Source: Bdellovibrionales bacterium
GTDB taxonomy: Bacteria; Bdellovibrionota; Bdellovibrionia; Bdellovibrionales; UBA1609
NCBI GenBank assembly: GCA_019637855.1
Contig: JAHBUX010000002.1
Coordinates: forward strand, 194,806 to 258,805
Direction: 5' to 3'
Length of the DNA stretch: 64,000 nt
In this document: positions 51,547 through 62,319 of the stretch, one piece after another
Position numbering within the stretch: position 1 is the stretch's first letter
Layout of the letters: each line of letters starts with the position of its first letter
Notes under the pieces: model-generated
Databases searched by the model: none
What the model was told of the DNA's origin: nothing
The model's input: the letters and a program-made list of their open reading frames with translations, nothing else
Made by a program: the position numbers and the translations under genes

Positions 51547-53514
51547 ATGAAAAGCCGAATACTGATTCTATTCTCGGCCTTCTTGCTGCTCTGGGCGGTC
51601 CTGCTTCTGAGAGCGGCACGCTTGCAGATCTTTCCCGATGAACGCTTGGCCAGCCTCAAGCGTCGTCAATTCGAAACTTCGCTGCAGATTCATACGCGTC
51701 GGGGCGCCATTGTCGACCGCAACGGCACAGAGCTTGCCGCCAGCGTACCCGCCTATTCGCTCTTCGCCGACCCGAAAGTGATTCGCGATCCCTATGGTTT
51801 GGGAAAAAAACTCGGCAGCTATCTGGATATGCCGGCAATGAATCTGAAGCGTCGGTTGCGAGATAAACAGAGAAGATTTATTTGGATCAAGCGCCAGCTC
51901 AGCGAAAAACAGCGCGACGAGATCAAAAGTTGGGGCGAGACAGGGTTGGGCTTCGTCGAAGAGCCGAAGCGCGTGTATCCAAACGGCGGGCTGCTGTCAC
52001 AAGTGCTCGGCTTTGTGGGCTCCGAGGGCAACGGTTTAGAAGGCCTTGAGCTCGAGTACAACAAAGAGCTGCTGGGCCAAATGAAAACCATCATTCTGCC
52101 ACGCGATGCGCGCGGGCGCCCCTTGCTGGAAGACGGCCGCTCGCTGACTGAGGTGCCTGACGGTGCGGATTTGCAGCTGACCATCGATCACGAAGTGCAG
52201 TTCACGTTGGAGCGCGAGCTGGCCGGCGTGGTTGATCACTTCCAGGCCGACACGGCCATCGGCATCGTTATGGACGCGCAAAGTTCTGAGATCGTCGCGA
52301 TGGCCACCTTACCCGTGGTCGATTTGAACGAGAGTCATCGCTATCCGCAAAGTTTACGCCGCAATCGCGTGGTGACCGATGCCTTCGAGCCGGGCAGCAC
52401 GATGAAGAGCTTCGTCATCGCCGGCGCATTGAAAGAGAACTTGATCAAACCAAGTACGCGCTTCTTCTGTGAAGACGGTCGTATGAAGGTCGGCGACAAG
52501 TGGATCACTGAGGCCGACTCCAACCATCATTTTAAAACTCTGACGGTGACCGAGATCCTAGCTTTCTCTTCCAACATCGGTGCGGCCAAAATCGGTTTCG
52601 AACTCGGCGCCGAGCGCCTCAACCGCGTGATGGCGGACTTTGGTTTTGGTGCGAAGACTGGCGTCGAATTGCCCGGCGAAGCGCGTGGGATCATGAACCC
52701 GTTGCCGTGGCGCCCGCATTTGTTGAGCAATATTTCTTTTGGGCAAGGTATCGCCACCACGCCCATGCAGATGGTGGCCGCTTACGGCGCCATCGCCAAC
52801 GGTGGTCTTTTGAAGCGTCCGTTGCTGGTGAAAGCCGTACGCCCCGCCCATCGTGACGAAGAGGTCATCGAGTTTCAAGCCGAAGAGATTCGTCGCGTGC
52901 TCTCGCCCTCTGAGGCCGCCACCATGCGCTTGATGTTGACGGCGGCGACGGAAGAAAAGGCCAGCGGTTGGAACGCGCGTATTCCCGGCTATCATGTTGC
53001 TGGAAAGACGGGAACCGCGCAAAAAGTCGATACGGTGAAGGGCGGTTATATTAAAAACGCCTACATCTCGAGCTTTGCCGGCTTCGTACCCGCATCGAAT
53101 CCGCGCTATGTGATCTATGTGGCGGTCGACAATCCCAAGAAGGCCTACTATGGTTCGCAGGTGGCCGCCCCTGTGTTCTCTAAAATCGCCCAGTATCTGG
53201 TTCGCCGTGCAGGCATCCCTCCGGTGCTGATTTCTGAGCGCAACATGATCAACACTCCGGCGGGCGAAGAAAAACGTCGTTCGGCTTTGCAGGCGCGGGC
53301 GATGGAAGACCTCAAGCGCAGCAGTGAAGAGGATGCGAAGACGTTTCCCAATCTGATGGGTTTGTCCCTGCGTGAAGCTCTAGCCAAAATCCGTGAGCGC
53401 GCCAACCATGTGCAAGTGCGCGGGAGTGGAGTTGTGGTGCGTACGATTCCCATGGCTGGCAGTGAGATGAGCGGCAAACGCAATGTGGTTCTTGTTCTCG
53501 AAAATCCCGACTGA
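51547..53514 (+). CDS. ftsI: Peptidoglycan D,D-transpeptidase FtsI (class B PBP) with C-terminal PASTA-like domain
   Basis: SxxK (EPGSTMKSF), SxN (FSSNIGAAK) and KTG (GKTGTAQK) motifs. N-terminal TM anchor. The C-terminal region (FPNLMGLSLREALAKI...VVVRTIP) is PASTA-like. Confidence 0.9.
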   Translation: MKSRILILFSAFLLLWAVLLLRAARLQIFPDERLASLKRRQFETSLQIHTRRGAIVDRNGTELAASVPAYSLFADPKVIRDPYGLGKKLGSYLDMPAMNLKRRLRDKQRRFIWIKRQLSEKQRDEIKSWGETGLGFVEEPKRVYPNGGLLSQVLGFVGSEGNGLEGLELEYNKELLGQMKTIILPRDARGRPLLEDGRSLTEVPDGADLQLTIDHEVQFTLERELAGVVDHFQADTAIGIVMDAQSSEIVAMATLPVVDLNESHRYPQSLRRNRVVTDAFEPGSTMKSFVIAGALKENLIKPSTRFFCEDGRMKVGDKWITEADSNHHFKTLTVTEILAFSSNIGAAKIGFELGAERLNRVMADFGFGAKTGVELPGEARGIMNPLPWRPHLLSNISFGQGIATTPMQMVAAYGAIANGGLLKRPLLVKAVRPAHRDEEVIEFQAEEIRRVLSPSEAATMRLMLTAATEEKASGWNARIPGYHVAGKTGTAQKVDTVKGGYIKNAYISSFAGFVPASNPRYVIYVAVDNPKKAYYGSQVAAPVFSKIAQYLVRRAGIPPVLISERNMINTPAGEEKRRSALQARAMEDLKRSSEEDAKTFPNLMGLSLREALAKIRERANHVQVRGSGVVVRTIPMAGSEMSGKRNVVLVLENPD

Positions 53515-53553
53515 AACTTGCCTTAGCTGATATTTTTCCGTACGGTTAAGACC

Positions 53554-55035
53554 ATGAAACTGGCACAGCTTTTTTCCGTTTTTCCGCAATTGCGCTGGGG
53601 CGAAACGGCGGGCAGTGATGTGCAAGAGATCACTCAAGACTCCAGGCAGGCAAAGCCGGGCACCGTGTTTGTCGCCATTCGCGGCAACAGTTCCGATGGA
53701 CATCAGTTTTTGTCGCAGGCTGCGGCGTCTGGTGCATTGGCTCTAGTGGTGGAAGACGACAGCCGCATTCCTGTGGATTACAAGGGGGCTGTGGTTAAAG
53801 TGCCCAACACGCGTCGCGCTCTCGACGTCTTGGCGCAGAGGTTTTACGGCAATCCCGCGCAGAATCTCTTTTGCGTCGGCGTGACGGGCACTAACGGCAA
53901 AACCACAATCGCTTACATGGTCGAAGCGATTTTCACCCAATTTGGCTGGCCTACGGGAGTGCTGGGCACTATCGACCATCACTTGGGCAAACACAAATGG
54001 GAGAGTGCGCTGACCACGCCTGATGCGCTCACTCTGCAGCGGCGCTTGAAGGAATTCATTTCGCTCGGCGCCCGCGCGGCCGCGTTTGAAGTGTCCTCCC
54101 ATGCACTCGATCAATCGCGTGCCGATAGCTTGCCTTTTGCTGTGGGGATTTTTACCAACCTCACGCGTGATCACCTCGATTACCATCACACGATGGAAAG
54201 TTATTTCGCTGCCAAAGAAAAACTGTTCAGTGACCTTCTCGGTCGCGCCACCACCAGTGTGGCCGTGCTCAATACGGACGACGCCTGGGTCCGCAAGACG
54301 CGAGTCAAAGAGGGCGTGACCACGTGGTCCTACGGTCAGCGCGCGGCGGATTTTACCTTTCGCGTTCTTAAGCAGGATTTAAACGGCTCACTTTTTCACC
54401 TGAGTACACCGCGCGGCAATACAGAGGTGAATCTACCTAGTCCCGGTTTGCACAATGTGTACAACGCCACCGCAGCTATTGCGGCGGGGCTTGCTGCCGG
54501 AGTTTCGCTGGAAACCGCCGCCATGGCGATGAGCGGTTTTTATGGCGCTCCGGGTCGCTTGGAGAAGGTGCCCAATTCGCGTGGCCTGCACATTTTTGTG
54601 GACTACGCGCACACGGACGATGCTTTGCGTACGGTTTTGCGCGCTCTCCATGAAACCCGCACGGCGAGCCGTTCTGCCGGCCGTATCCTTACGGTTTTTG
54701 GTTGTGGCGGGGATCGCGATCGCGGCAAACGGCCGTTGATGGCGCAGGCGGCATGTGAGTTCTCCGATGTGATTGTCATTACCTCGGACAATCCGCGCAC
54801 GGAAGATCCGCAAGCCATCATCGCGCAGATCGAAGCCGGAGTGCCGACGGGTTGGAAGGGGCAGCGACTAATGGAAATCGATCGTCGTCAAGCACTGTCA
54901 ACAGCCTTGCAAACGGCGCGCGAAGGTGATGTGATTTTGGTAGCTGGAAAAGGGCACGAAGACTATCAGATCCTAGGGACACAAAAGCATCCCTTTTCAG
55001 ACCAAAAGATTCTGACTGAACTGCTAAAGGATTGA
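53554..55035 (+). CDS. murE: UDP-N-acetylmuramoyl-L-alanyl-D-glutamate--2,6-diaminopimelate ligase
   Basis: GVTGTNGKTT P-loop, DYAHTDDAL, and the ITSDNPRTEDP (DNPR) motif associated with meso-DAP specificity. Confidence 0.95.
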   Translation: MKLAQLFSVFPQLRWGETAGSDVQEITQDSRQAKPGTVFVAIRGNSSDGHQFLSQAAASGALALVVEDDSRIPVDYKGAVVKVPNTRRALDVLAQRFYGNPAQNLFCVGVTGTNGKTTIAYMVEAIFTQFGWPTGVLGTIDHHLGKHKWESALTTPDALTLQRRLKEFISLGARAAAFEVSSHALDQSRADSLPFAVGIFTNLTRDHLDYHHTMESYFAAKEKLFSDLLGRATTSVAVLNTDDAWVRKTRVKEGVTTWSYGQRAADFTFRVLKQDLNGSLFHLSTPRGNTEVNLPSPGLHNVYNATAAIAAGLAAGVSLETAAMAMSGFYGAPGRLEKVPNSRGLHIFVDYAHTDDALRTVLRALHETRTASRSAGRILTVFGCGGDRDRGKRPLMAQAACEFSDVIVITSDNPRTEDPQAIIAQIEAGVPTGWKGQRLMEIDRRQALSTALQTAREGDVILVAGKGHEDYQILGTQKHPFSDQKILTELLKD

Positions 55036-55041
55036 GCATCA

Positions 55042-56466
55042 ATGAGTGGCGACAAGGTTTGGACTTGTGACATCGCGGATCTTGCGAAAGCGACTTCCGG
55101 GCAAGTTCTGTCGGAGACGCACAAAAGCTTCTCGCGCGTCGGTACCGACAGCCGCGCCTCGTTAGCTGGCAAACTGTTTATCCCGCTCAAAGGTGAGAAT
55201 TTCGACGCCCACAACTTTGTGGCCCAGGCGGTAGAGAATCAAGCCGCCGTTGTGATGGTCAGTCAGTGGCGCGAAGAGTGGAAACCGCTTTTGGCTAAGG
55301 CTTCTTTTGTACAGGTGGGCGACACCTTGCAAGCGCTGCAGGCGCTGGCAAGGTTTTGGCGCCGCAAGATGGGCTTTAAGGTTTTGGCCATCACCGGCTC
55401 TAACGGCAAAACCTCCACCAAAGAATTTGCTTACACCATTTTGAAAGACCATCTTTCGGTTTATGCCTCCAAAGGTAGCTTCAATAATCACTGGGGCGTT
55501 CCCCTGTCCTTGCTCGACGCTGGCCCTGAACACACGCACGTGATTCAAGAGATGGGAATGAATCATTCCGGCGAAATCTGGCGACTGTGCCAGATCGCCG
55601 AGCCCGATGTGGTGGTGGTGACCAGTGTGGGCCGAGCCCACATCGGCGAACTCGGCTCGCAAGAGGCCGTGGCGCAGGCCAAAGAGGAGATATACTCGGG
55701 CGCTCCGCATGCGGTGCATATCTTCAACGGTGACAACGAGTGGACCATGCGCATGCAGTCGCGTTCACAGGCTAAACAGTTGATGTTTTCTGCCTTTAAG
55801 CCGGCCGCCGATGTGCACTTCCGGGCCCAACGTCTAACGTGGGAAGGGCTTGATATCGTCGGGCATATCCAAGGTGTCAAAGGTCACACTTGGGTGCACG
55901 TGTTGGGTCGGCAAAACACCATCAATCTCATGGCCGCGAGTGCTCTCGCTGTGGCGGCGGGTTTGACGCCCGAGCAGATTTGGAAATCGCTGGGCACCAT
56001 TCACGACAGCGCTTGGGGACGCAATCAGTTTTTGCCGCTCACCAATGGCGCTCATGTATTGTTCGACGCTTACAACGCCAATCCCGACAGCATGACGGCG
56101 CTGTTAAAAAACCTGTATGAAATGGACGCAACCGGTCGCAAGTTTCTCATCGCCGGAGATATGCTCGAGCTTGGCAGTTTCGGTGACAAAGCTCATGAAG
56201 AGGTAGGCGAGCGCGCCGGCGCCGTTGGTTTCGAAGCGGTGTGGTACGTCGGCAAAAATCAAGAGGCCTTTGCTCGCGGCTTACGTCGTTCGGGCTCGGT
56301 GCCGCAGTATTTTCATTCCCTTGAACCCGATCCTAAAATCTCCCAGCAGCTCTTGGGCCTGTTGCGCAAAGACGATGTCGTAGCCGTAAAGGCTTCGCGT
56401 GGCGTCGGTCTGGAACGCGCTTTCGAAAACTGGCCCCTGAAGACACCGCTGGGAAAAAAGCCGTGA
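55042..56466 (+). CDS. murF: UDP-N-acetylmuramoyl-tripeptide--D-alanyl-D-alanine ligase
   Basis: [40 protein letters not shown]. Confidence 0.9.
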   Translation: MSGDKVWTCDIADLAKATSGQVLSETHKSFSRVGTDSRASLAGKLFIPLKGENFDAHNFVAQAVENQAAVVMVSQWREEWKPLLAKASFVQVGDTLQALQALARFWRRKMGFKVLAITGSNGKTSTKEFAYTILKDHLSVYASKGSFNNHWGVPLSLLDAGPEHTHVIQEMGMNHSGEIWRLCQIAEPDVVVVTSVGRAHIGELGSQEAVAQAKEEIYSGAPHAVHIFNGDNEWTMRMQSRSQAKQLMFSAFKPAADVHFRAQRLTWEGLDIVGHIQGVKGHTWVHVLGRQNTINLMAASALAVAAGLTPEQIWKSLGTIHDSAWGRNQFLPLTNGAHVLFDAYNANPDSMTALLKNLYEMDATGRKFLIAGDMLELGSFGDKAHEEVGERAGAVGFEAVWYVGKNQEAFARGLRRSGSVPQYFHSLEPDPKISQQLLGLLRKDDVVAVKASRGVGLERAFENWPLKTPLGKKP

Positions 56467-56476
56467 TGGAGATTTG

Positions 56477-57544
56477 ATGCTTTACCGTTTTCTGTACGAG
56501 ACCTCGCATAACTTTCACGTTTTCCGCTACATTACCTTTCGCGTCTTCCTCGCTTTCTTCACCGCCTTTGGCGTGTGCTATCTGATCGGCCCCTATTTCA
56601 TTCGCACTTTACGCAAACGCCATTTCGGCCAGAGCATTCGTGACGACGGTCCGCAGACGCACAAGAAAAAGCAGGGTACGCCTACTATGGGCGGCGGATT
56701 GATTCTGCTCGGTGTGTTGGTGCCGACACTGTTGTGGGTGGATCTCACCAACTCTTTGGTGTGGGGTACGCTGATCGTCACATTCGGTTTTGGTTTGATC
56801 GGCTATTGGGACGATTGGTTGAAGGTGAGCAAACGCAACTCGAAGGGCGTTTCTGGCAAAGTGCGCCTTTTAGCCGAGTTCCTGATCGCCGGCGGTGTGC
56901 TTGCGTTTTTGGTACACGAAGGTACGGTGAACACGGTTTTGACCTTTCCGTTTTTCAAGGAAGTGGCGCTGGAGTTGGACTGGTGGTACGTGCCCTTTGC
57001 CGCTCTGGTGATCGTGGGCTGTGCTAACGCGGTGAATTTAACCGACGGCTTAGATGGTTTGGCCATCGTGCCGGTGATGATTTCGGCCACCACTTTAGGG
57101 CTGTTCGCCTATGTGGCCGGAAACCTCCGGATTGCCGAGTATTTGGCCATACCTTATATCGCCGGAACCGGAGAGCTCAGCGTGCTGGCGGGCGCCGTGG
57201 TGGCGGCCGGCATGGGATTTTTATGGTTCAACACCTATCCAGCTCAGGTTTTTATGGGTGATGTTGGCAGCTTAAGCCTTGGTGGATTCCTCGGAATCAC
57301 CGCCGTTATTAGCCAAAATGAGCTTTTGCTAGTGGTATTGGGCGGCGTCTTTGTGGTAGAAGCCCTGTCAGTGATCACCCAAGTTATATCGTTCAAACTG
57401 ACAGGCCGCCGTGTGTTCAAAATGGCGCCAATACACCACCATTTCGAGCTTAAAGGGCTGGATGAAACCAAAATCATTGTACGTTTTTGGATCATCTCCA
57501 TTCTGCTCGCGGTTCTGTCACTAGCAACGCTTAAACTGCGTTAA
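56477..57544 (+). CDS. mraY: Phospho-N-acetylmuramoyl-pentapeptide transferase
   Basis: [40 protein letters not shown]. The ATG at 56477 directly follows an in-frame TTG. Confidence 0.95.
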   Translation: MLYRFLYETSHNFHVFRYITFRVFLAFFTAFGVCYLIGPYFIRTLRKRHFGQSIRDDGPQTHKKKQGTPTMGGGLILLGVLVPTLLWVDLTNSLVWGTLIVTFGFGLIGYWDDWLKVSKRNSKGVSGKVRLLAEFLIAGGVLAFLVHEGTVNTVLTFPFFKEVALELDWWYVPFAALVIVGCANAVNLTDGLDGLAIVPVMISATTLGLFAYVAGNLRIAEYLAIPYIAGTGELSVLAGAVVAAGMGFLWFNTYPAQVFMGDVGSLSLGGFLGITAVISQNELLLVVLGGVFVVEALSVITQVISFKLTGRRVFKMAPIHHHFELKGLDETKIIVRFWIISILLAVLSLATLKLR

Positions 57545-57556
57545 TCGAGGTAAGTG

Positions 57557-58939
57557 ATGGAGCTAACGGATCTCAATGGTAAGCGTATTCTCATCGTCGG
57601 TTTGGCCAAAACAGGCGTGTCGTTGGCGCGTTTTCTTGGCCAACATGGCGCTCATGTCACTATCAGCGATCATAAGTCCAAAGCGGAACTTTCCGGTCAC
57701 CTCGAATTGCTCGAGGGTTTGAACGTCACCATGGAACTGGGCGGTCACACGCCCAAGACGTTTTTGAATCAAGACTTGATTGTCTTGAGCCCCGGCGTGC
57801 CTCCGCATCTGAAGATTTTCGACTACGCTCGTTCGCAAGGCGTGTTTGTTACCGGCGAGCTTGAGTTCTGCGCTCAGTTTATCAAAGAGCCGATGATCGC
57901 GGTCACCGGTACCAACGGTAAGACCACCACCACGCATATGATCTACACCTTCCTGCAAGAGTCGGGCGTGAAGACCTGGGCGGGCGGCAATTTCGGTGAG
58001 CCGTTGAGCGAATATTTGATCAAAGGCGAGAAAGCCGATGTTTTGGTTTTGGAAGTGTCGTCCTTCCAGTTGGAGCACGTGCAGAAGTTCAATCCCAAGA
58101 ACATCGTGTTTATGAACTTGGCGGAAAACCATCTCGACCGTTATCGCACGATGGAAGAGTACGTGAATGCCAAACGTAAGGTGTTTTTGAATACCAATCA
58201 GGGCACCACGTCGATCTTGAATGCTGATGACAACGCGGTTGTGGAATTGGCGCGCGATCCGATGGTTCAGCGCGGCCGTATTTTCTATTTTTCGCGTAAG
58301 CCTTCCTTAGAGCCGCAGATCATGAACATTGGTGGCGCTGTCACCATTAAGCAGCAAGTGCGTGTGCGCACCGGCCCGGAGATCGAGTACTACTCTGTTG
58401 AAAACACCAAGATGAAGGGTAAGCACGCCTACGAGAACATCATGGCCGCGATCTTGGCCGCGCGTGAACACGGCGCCAAGCACGAAGCTATTCAACGCGT
58501 GATCGAGAACTACAAGGGCATGCCCCATCGTCTCGAGTACGTGCGTAAAGTGGGGGGCGTTGAGTTCTACAACGACTCCAAAGCCACCAATGTGCACGCT
58601 GTATTGCGCGCGCTCGATGCTTTCGAAGAGAACGTGATTCTGATCATGGGTGGTAAAGAAACCAATCTGAACTACGCTCCTTTGCGCGATAAGATTCAGC
58701 GCAAAGTAAAAACGCTCATCCTGGTCGGTGAGGCCAAAGAGCGCATCAACCGCGACATCGGCGATTTCTCGGAGACTTTCTTGATCGGCACCTTCGAGGA
58801 GGCCGTCTTGATCGCCTACCAAAAATCCCGCATCGGCGACACCGTGCTGCTCTCTCCCGGCGCCTCCAGCTTCGACATGTTCGACAGCTACGTCGAACGC
58901 GGCAACTACTTCAAAGAAATCGTAAACAAGTTCCGCTAG
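57557..58939 (+). CDS. murD: UDP-N-acetylmuramoylalanine--D-glutamate ligase
   Basis: ILIVGLAKTGVS, AVTGTNGKTTTT, NDSKATN, LLSPGASSFD. Confidence 0.95.
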   Translation: MELTDLNGKRILIVGLAKTGVSLARFLGQHGAHVTISDHKSKAELSGHLELLEGLNVTMELGGHTPKTFLNQDLIVLSPGVPPHLKIFDYARSQGVFVTGELEFCAQFIKEPMIAVTGTNGKTTTTHMIYTFLQESGVKTWAGGNFGEPLSEYLIKGEKADVLVLEVSSFQLEHVQKFNPKNIVFMNLAENHLDRYRTMEEYVNAKRKVFLNTNQGTTSILNADDNAVVELARDPMVQRGRIFYFSRKPSLEPQIMNIGGAVTIKQQVRVRTGPEIEYYSVENTKMKGKHAYENIMAAILAAREHGAKHEAIQRVIENYKGMPHRLEYVRKVGGVEFYNDSKATNVHAVLRALDAFEENVILIMGGKETNLNYAPLRDKIQRKVKTLILVGEAKERINRDIGDFSETFLIGTFEEAVLIAYQKSRIGDTVLLSPGASSFDMFDSYVERGNYFKEIVNKFR

Positions 58940-58947
58940 TTCCCGCT

Positions 58948-59036
58948 GTAGGGGCTAACATTTCCGGAAATATAAAGCATCTGACGTCCGTCCCGGACGC
59001 CAGATGCTTTATATTTCCGGAAATGTTAGCCCCTAC
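58948..59036. repeat. 89-nt near-perfect inverted repeat (43-bp stem, 1 mismatch, 3-nt loop) filling the murD / giant-ORF convergent gap
   Basis: I checked base by base: 58948-58990 pairs with 58994-59036, with a single a/c mismatch at 58984/59000. Each arm contains the 12-nt palindrome atttccggaaat. The right arm includes the TAG stop (59033-59035) of the minus-strand gene. Confidence 0.9.
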
Positions 59037-62000
59037 CTTTCGAAGATGGGGCAGTTAGCGGTGTAGCAGTTGGCGGTAGTTTGGTTGAAACGTTGGATTT
59101 TTGAGTTCCAGGTGGAGACTATGTTGGGGTCGAGCAGCGGTGAGGTGAAGCTCTCGAACATGTTCATATCGAAGCGCGGGCGTTGGTTCACCGGGCGTTT
59201 TTGGATCTGAGTGATATAGTTGTCCGTGGCGCTGTGAAAAGCGCGGATTCCTTGAATTTCGGTCTGCACGAACTTACGCACACTGGCGGTCATTTGCCGG
59301 TCGAGATCCGGGTTGAATGGAATCACCATCTGCGGACGATTGGCGCGCAAGTTAAAATACATCTGACCCGCACTGATGTACGTGAGACGCAACGGCAAGA
59401 GTGCGGCAGAAGTCCCTGTGGTGTAGGCGTCCCAAGCGTCACCTAAAACCTCTTCTTCCGCCAAGCGCACGGGCAGATCAAAAATACCCCACGTGTTGAT
59501 GATGCGCGAATTCTCACCATCCCAGCGCAACATGCGATAGTCGTACATCAACGGCATAAACTTGTTCGACACGCGCAAAATACGATAGAGCTCGCGTTGT
59601 TGAGGCGTGATCTCGACAAACTTCAAGATCTCCTCTTGCGTCTTCAACGCATCGGCGGCGGGCGCAATATCCGTGGTGCCTCTCACTTCAAGCTCTAAGC
59701 GATGTAAGCTAATCATTCCGCGCAAAACCGCGTCCCAAGTGGTCAGCGCCATAATCGTATCGCCAAACCAGTTGAGGTAAGCGCGCCCGGCCCCGCGCCG
59801 GAACAAGATCTGAAGGCCCGAGTTCACAAAGGCCTGCTCGTCCACGCTGTAAGGAATGATCGTCTGCATGGACTCGCGCACGATATCCACGTTCAAATCG
59901 AGCTTTTGCCCAAGGTCGGCGGTCACATGCGGCGCCACCGGCGGCAGGGTTTCGCTTTCAGTCGTCAGGCCTTGCTTCAAGTAGCGCGATATACGGATCA
60001 TGGCGTCGATCTGTGAATAGTTGTATCCACCGTCGACGAACTGATCGTGACCGGAAAACCCGCTCGGCAAACCGGTAAAACGAATGCTGTTCAAAATGCG
60101 CTGCCGCTCGCTATCATTCAACGTCTGCGAGCGCAGCCGGGTCATACGGTGATGGATACTGCGTAGGTAGGCAGTCTCCATTTCAAGCAGGCGAGTGGCC
60201 ATTTCCACATCACGACGGATGGCAGGCCAGTAGCAAAAGCCGATGTCGTCGTACCACTTTTTTGATAGGCGCAAGACTCTTTCGCGAGCGGCTTCCAGAC
60301 GGGCGATCATGGTGCGCGTTTTCTTGGTCTTCTCTAAGATCTGGGTTTCGTTCAGCTGAAGGAGTTTCAAGTAAGAACGGTAAGAGGTCAGCATGGCGTT
60401 TGCCGCGCGCAAGCTATTTCCCAGATCTAAACGAGCGGTTTCGAGCAGCTCGGAGTAGCTTTTGTCCATGTACATCAATGCCGCCTCGGTACGCGCAATC
60501 GAGCCGGAGGTCATGCTCTCGGTCGTCGAAGCGCTGGCGATAGAGGCAAAAGCGGTGTCGATCAGCTTGCCGTAGTAACCAGAGCTACGGCTTTGCGTGA
60601 AATAGTAGGTGCGCGGGTGAAGCTTTCCGCTCTGGAATTCTTCACAGGCCTGCTTGAAGGTCGTATAGTCTGCGCTCTGATCGAGCCGATTAGCGATACG
60701 CCCCATGTTGCTGTCGATGACCGCCATCGGTTTTTGGCTAAGGCGTTGAACCGTGCCCGAAATAAAATCGTCAGGGTCCACGTTCGCGGCCTGCATGAGA
60801 TTGGTGCGAATCGCCATATCGACGGCATGCAAAAGCTCCATCTGATTCAAAGCGACTTGCGAGTCGGCGTAAGAGAACAGCGGCGGGAACTGCTGCTCGA
60901 ACAGCATGCGGATCAGATCCGAGGTGTCGATGGTGCGGCCATTCATCAAGCGAAGATGAAAGCGCTTTTGCGAGAGGATGTGGAATAAGACGAGTTCATG
61001 CGGGTACACCGAAGTCATGGCGATACTTTTGTCGACAGATTCAAATATCAACCGCAGGCGATTTTGTGCGGCCTCGGAGTCGCGACGGGCGCGGGCTGCG
61101 GAGATGGCGAAGTTTTGCAGTGGCAAAACACGGCCGCGGAACGTGCTCCATACGCTCTGAATCGACGCGCTCTCTTGAATTGCATAAAAGAAAAGATCCT
61201 CGACCTGCACGCGCGCTTCAAATATCTTTTTCGCTAACCGCGTGCTCTCAAGCAAGGAAACGACGAACTGCAAACGGAAGTAATTCTGCGTCGCCGTTTC
61301 CAAATCCTGTACGCTACGTTTGGAGCTGGCGAAAAGGCGTACGCCGCCATCGCTTGAGATCTTGCCGGTATAGACCGCATCGATCAAGTACAGCAGTTCA
61401 TCCATTTGCGGGATGATCTTCACACCGATGGCGTCGACACGGAAGTCGGTCTGGGACTGCAGCCATTTTTGCTGTGCCATGTAGCCCTTAGGCTCGAGCG
61501 ATTGTTCTTGAATGCGCTGGAGCAGGCCTGGATGCAAACCACCCTTTTCACCATAGAGCATACCGCTGTCCGCCAACATGGCATAAAGCGCATTGCCGCC
61601 CGCGTCCGAAAGCGCCCACTCGCGCTTCGAGATCAGCTTCCAAGCGTCAATGGAATCCAAAAAGCGGCGGCTTTCTTTTACGTCCTTGCGGTGATGTTGA
61701 ATGCTCTGCAGAGCGACCTCTAAAAGACTCTGCGTCGCCTTGGCGTACTCGCTGTCCGCCGTAGTCTCGGGTTTTTTCAACAACATTTCAGCCAGTTCAC
61801 CGTCCCAACCCGTCGGCTTTAGCTTCACCGCGTACAGCAACATCTTGAAGTAAAGCTGGCTATCGTGTTTGGCGATCAGCTTCGCCACTTGAGCGCTGGA
61901 AGGCGCCCGATCAAAGTACTTGAAGCCGATGCAACCATCGGCAAAACGGCCACAATCCGTTTGCAGTGCCTGCGCATAGTCCATTAACACGCGACGAAAA

Positions 62001-62311
62001 GCCGCACTCGACCGCTCTTCGGCGCTGGCGTTCAAGATCTTATTGTTCAATGTGATCAATTCATCTTGGGCTCGGCGGCTCGACAGATTTTTCGGATCAC
62101 GCACGCTCTCCAAGGACAGCACGCGCGTGGCCAACTCTTGCAAGCTCATCGCGTCCAACGGCACTGCATTTTCGCTGGGCGAAATCTCGGTGACTGGGCG
62201 TGGACGCAGAGTTCCGCGTGCGCTGTCATGCTCGGAATAAGGTTTGCCTTTTTCCGTACAGGCCACGGCGGTAAGCAGAGTCAGAATAAGAAGTGCGCTC
62301 ATGCGTCTCAT
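59033..62311 (-). CDS. Giant orphan lipoprotein (1092 aa from MRRM start), no recognisable domain
   Basis: The ATG at 62311 gives MRRMSALLILTLLTAVAC (lipobox) and removes the overlap with the upstream gene. The ORF is uninterrupted, mostly helical-looking, and ends ...CYTANCPIFER. No catalytic motif noticed. Confidence 0.7.
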   Translation of the reverse strand: MRRMSALLILTLLTAVACTEKGKPYSEHDSARGTLRPRPVTEISPSENAVPLDAMSLQELATRVLSLESVRDPKNLSSRRAQDELITLNNKILNASAEERSSAAFRRVLMDYAQALQTDCGRFADGCIGFKYFDRAPSSAQVAKLIAKHDSQLYFKMLLYAVKLKPTGWDGELAEMLLKKPETTADSEYAKATQSLLEVALQSIQHHRKDVKESRRFLDSIDAWKLISKREWALSDAGGNALYAMLADSGMLYGEKGGLHPGLLQRIQEQSLEPKGYMAQQKWLQSQTDFRVDAIGVKIIPQMDELLYLIDAVYTGKISSDGGVRLFASSKRSVQDLETATQNYFRLQFVVSLLESTRLAKKIFEARVQVEDLFFYAIQESASIQSVWSTFRGRVLPLQNFAISAARARRDSEAAQNRLRLIFESVDKSIAMTSVYPHELVLFHILSQKRFHLRLMNGRTIDTSDLIRMLFEQQFPPLFSYADSQVALNQMELLHAVDMAIRTNLMQAANVDPDDFISGTVQRLSQKPMAVIDSNMGRIANRLDQSADYTTFKQACEEFQSGKLHPRTYYFTQSRSSGYYGKLIDTAFASIASASTTESMTSGSIARTEAALMYMDKSYSELLETARLDLGNSLRAANAMLTSYRSYLKLLQLNETQILEKTKKTRTMIARLEAARERVLRLSKKWYDDIGFCYWPAIRRDVEMATRLLEMETAYLRSIHHRMTRLRSQTLNDSERQRILNSIRFTGLPSGFSGHDQFVDGGYNYSQIDAMIRISRYLKQGLTTESETLPPVAPHVTADLGQKLDLNVDIVRESMQTIIPYSVDEQAFVNSGLQILFRRGAGRAYLNWFGDTIMALTTWDAVLRGMISLHRLELEVRGTTDIAPAADALKTQEEILKFVEITPQQRELYRILRVSNKFMPLMYDYRMLRWDGENSRIINTWGIFDLPVRLAEEEVLGDAWDAYTTGTSAALLPLRLTYISAGQMYFNLRANRPQMVIPFNPDLDRQMTASVRKFVQTEIQGIRAFHSATDNYITQIQKRPVNQRPRFDMNMFESFTSPLLDPNIVSTWNSKIQRFNQTTANCYTANCPIFER

Positions 62312-62319
62312 CGTCGGCT

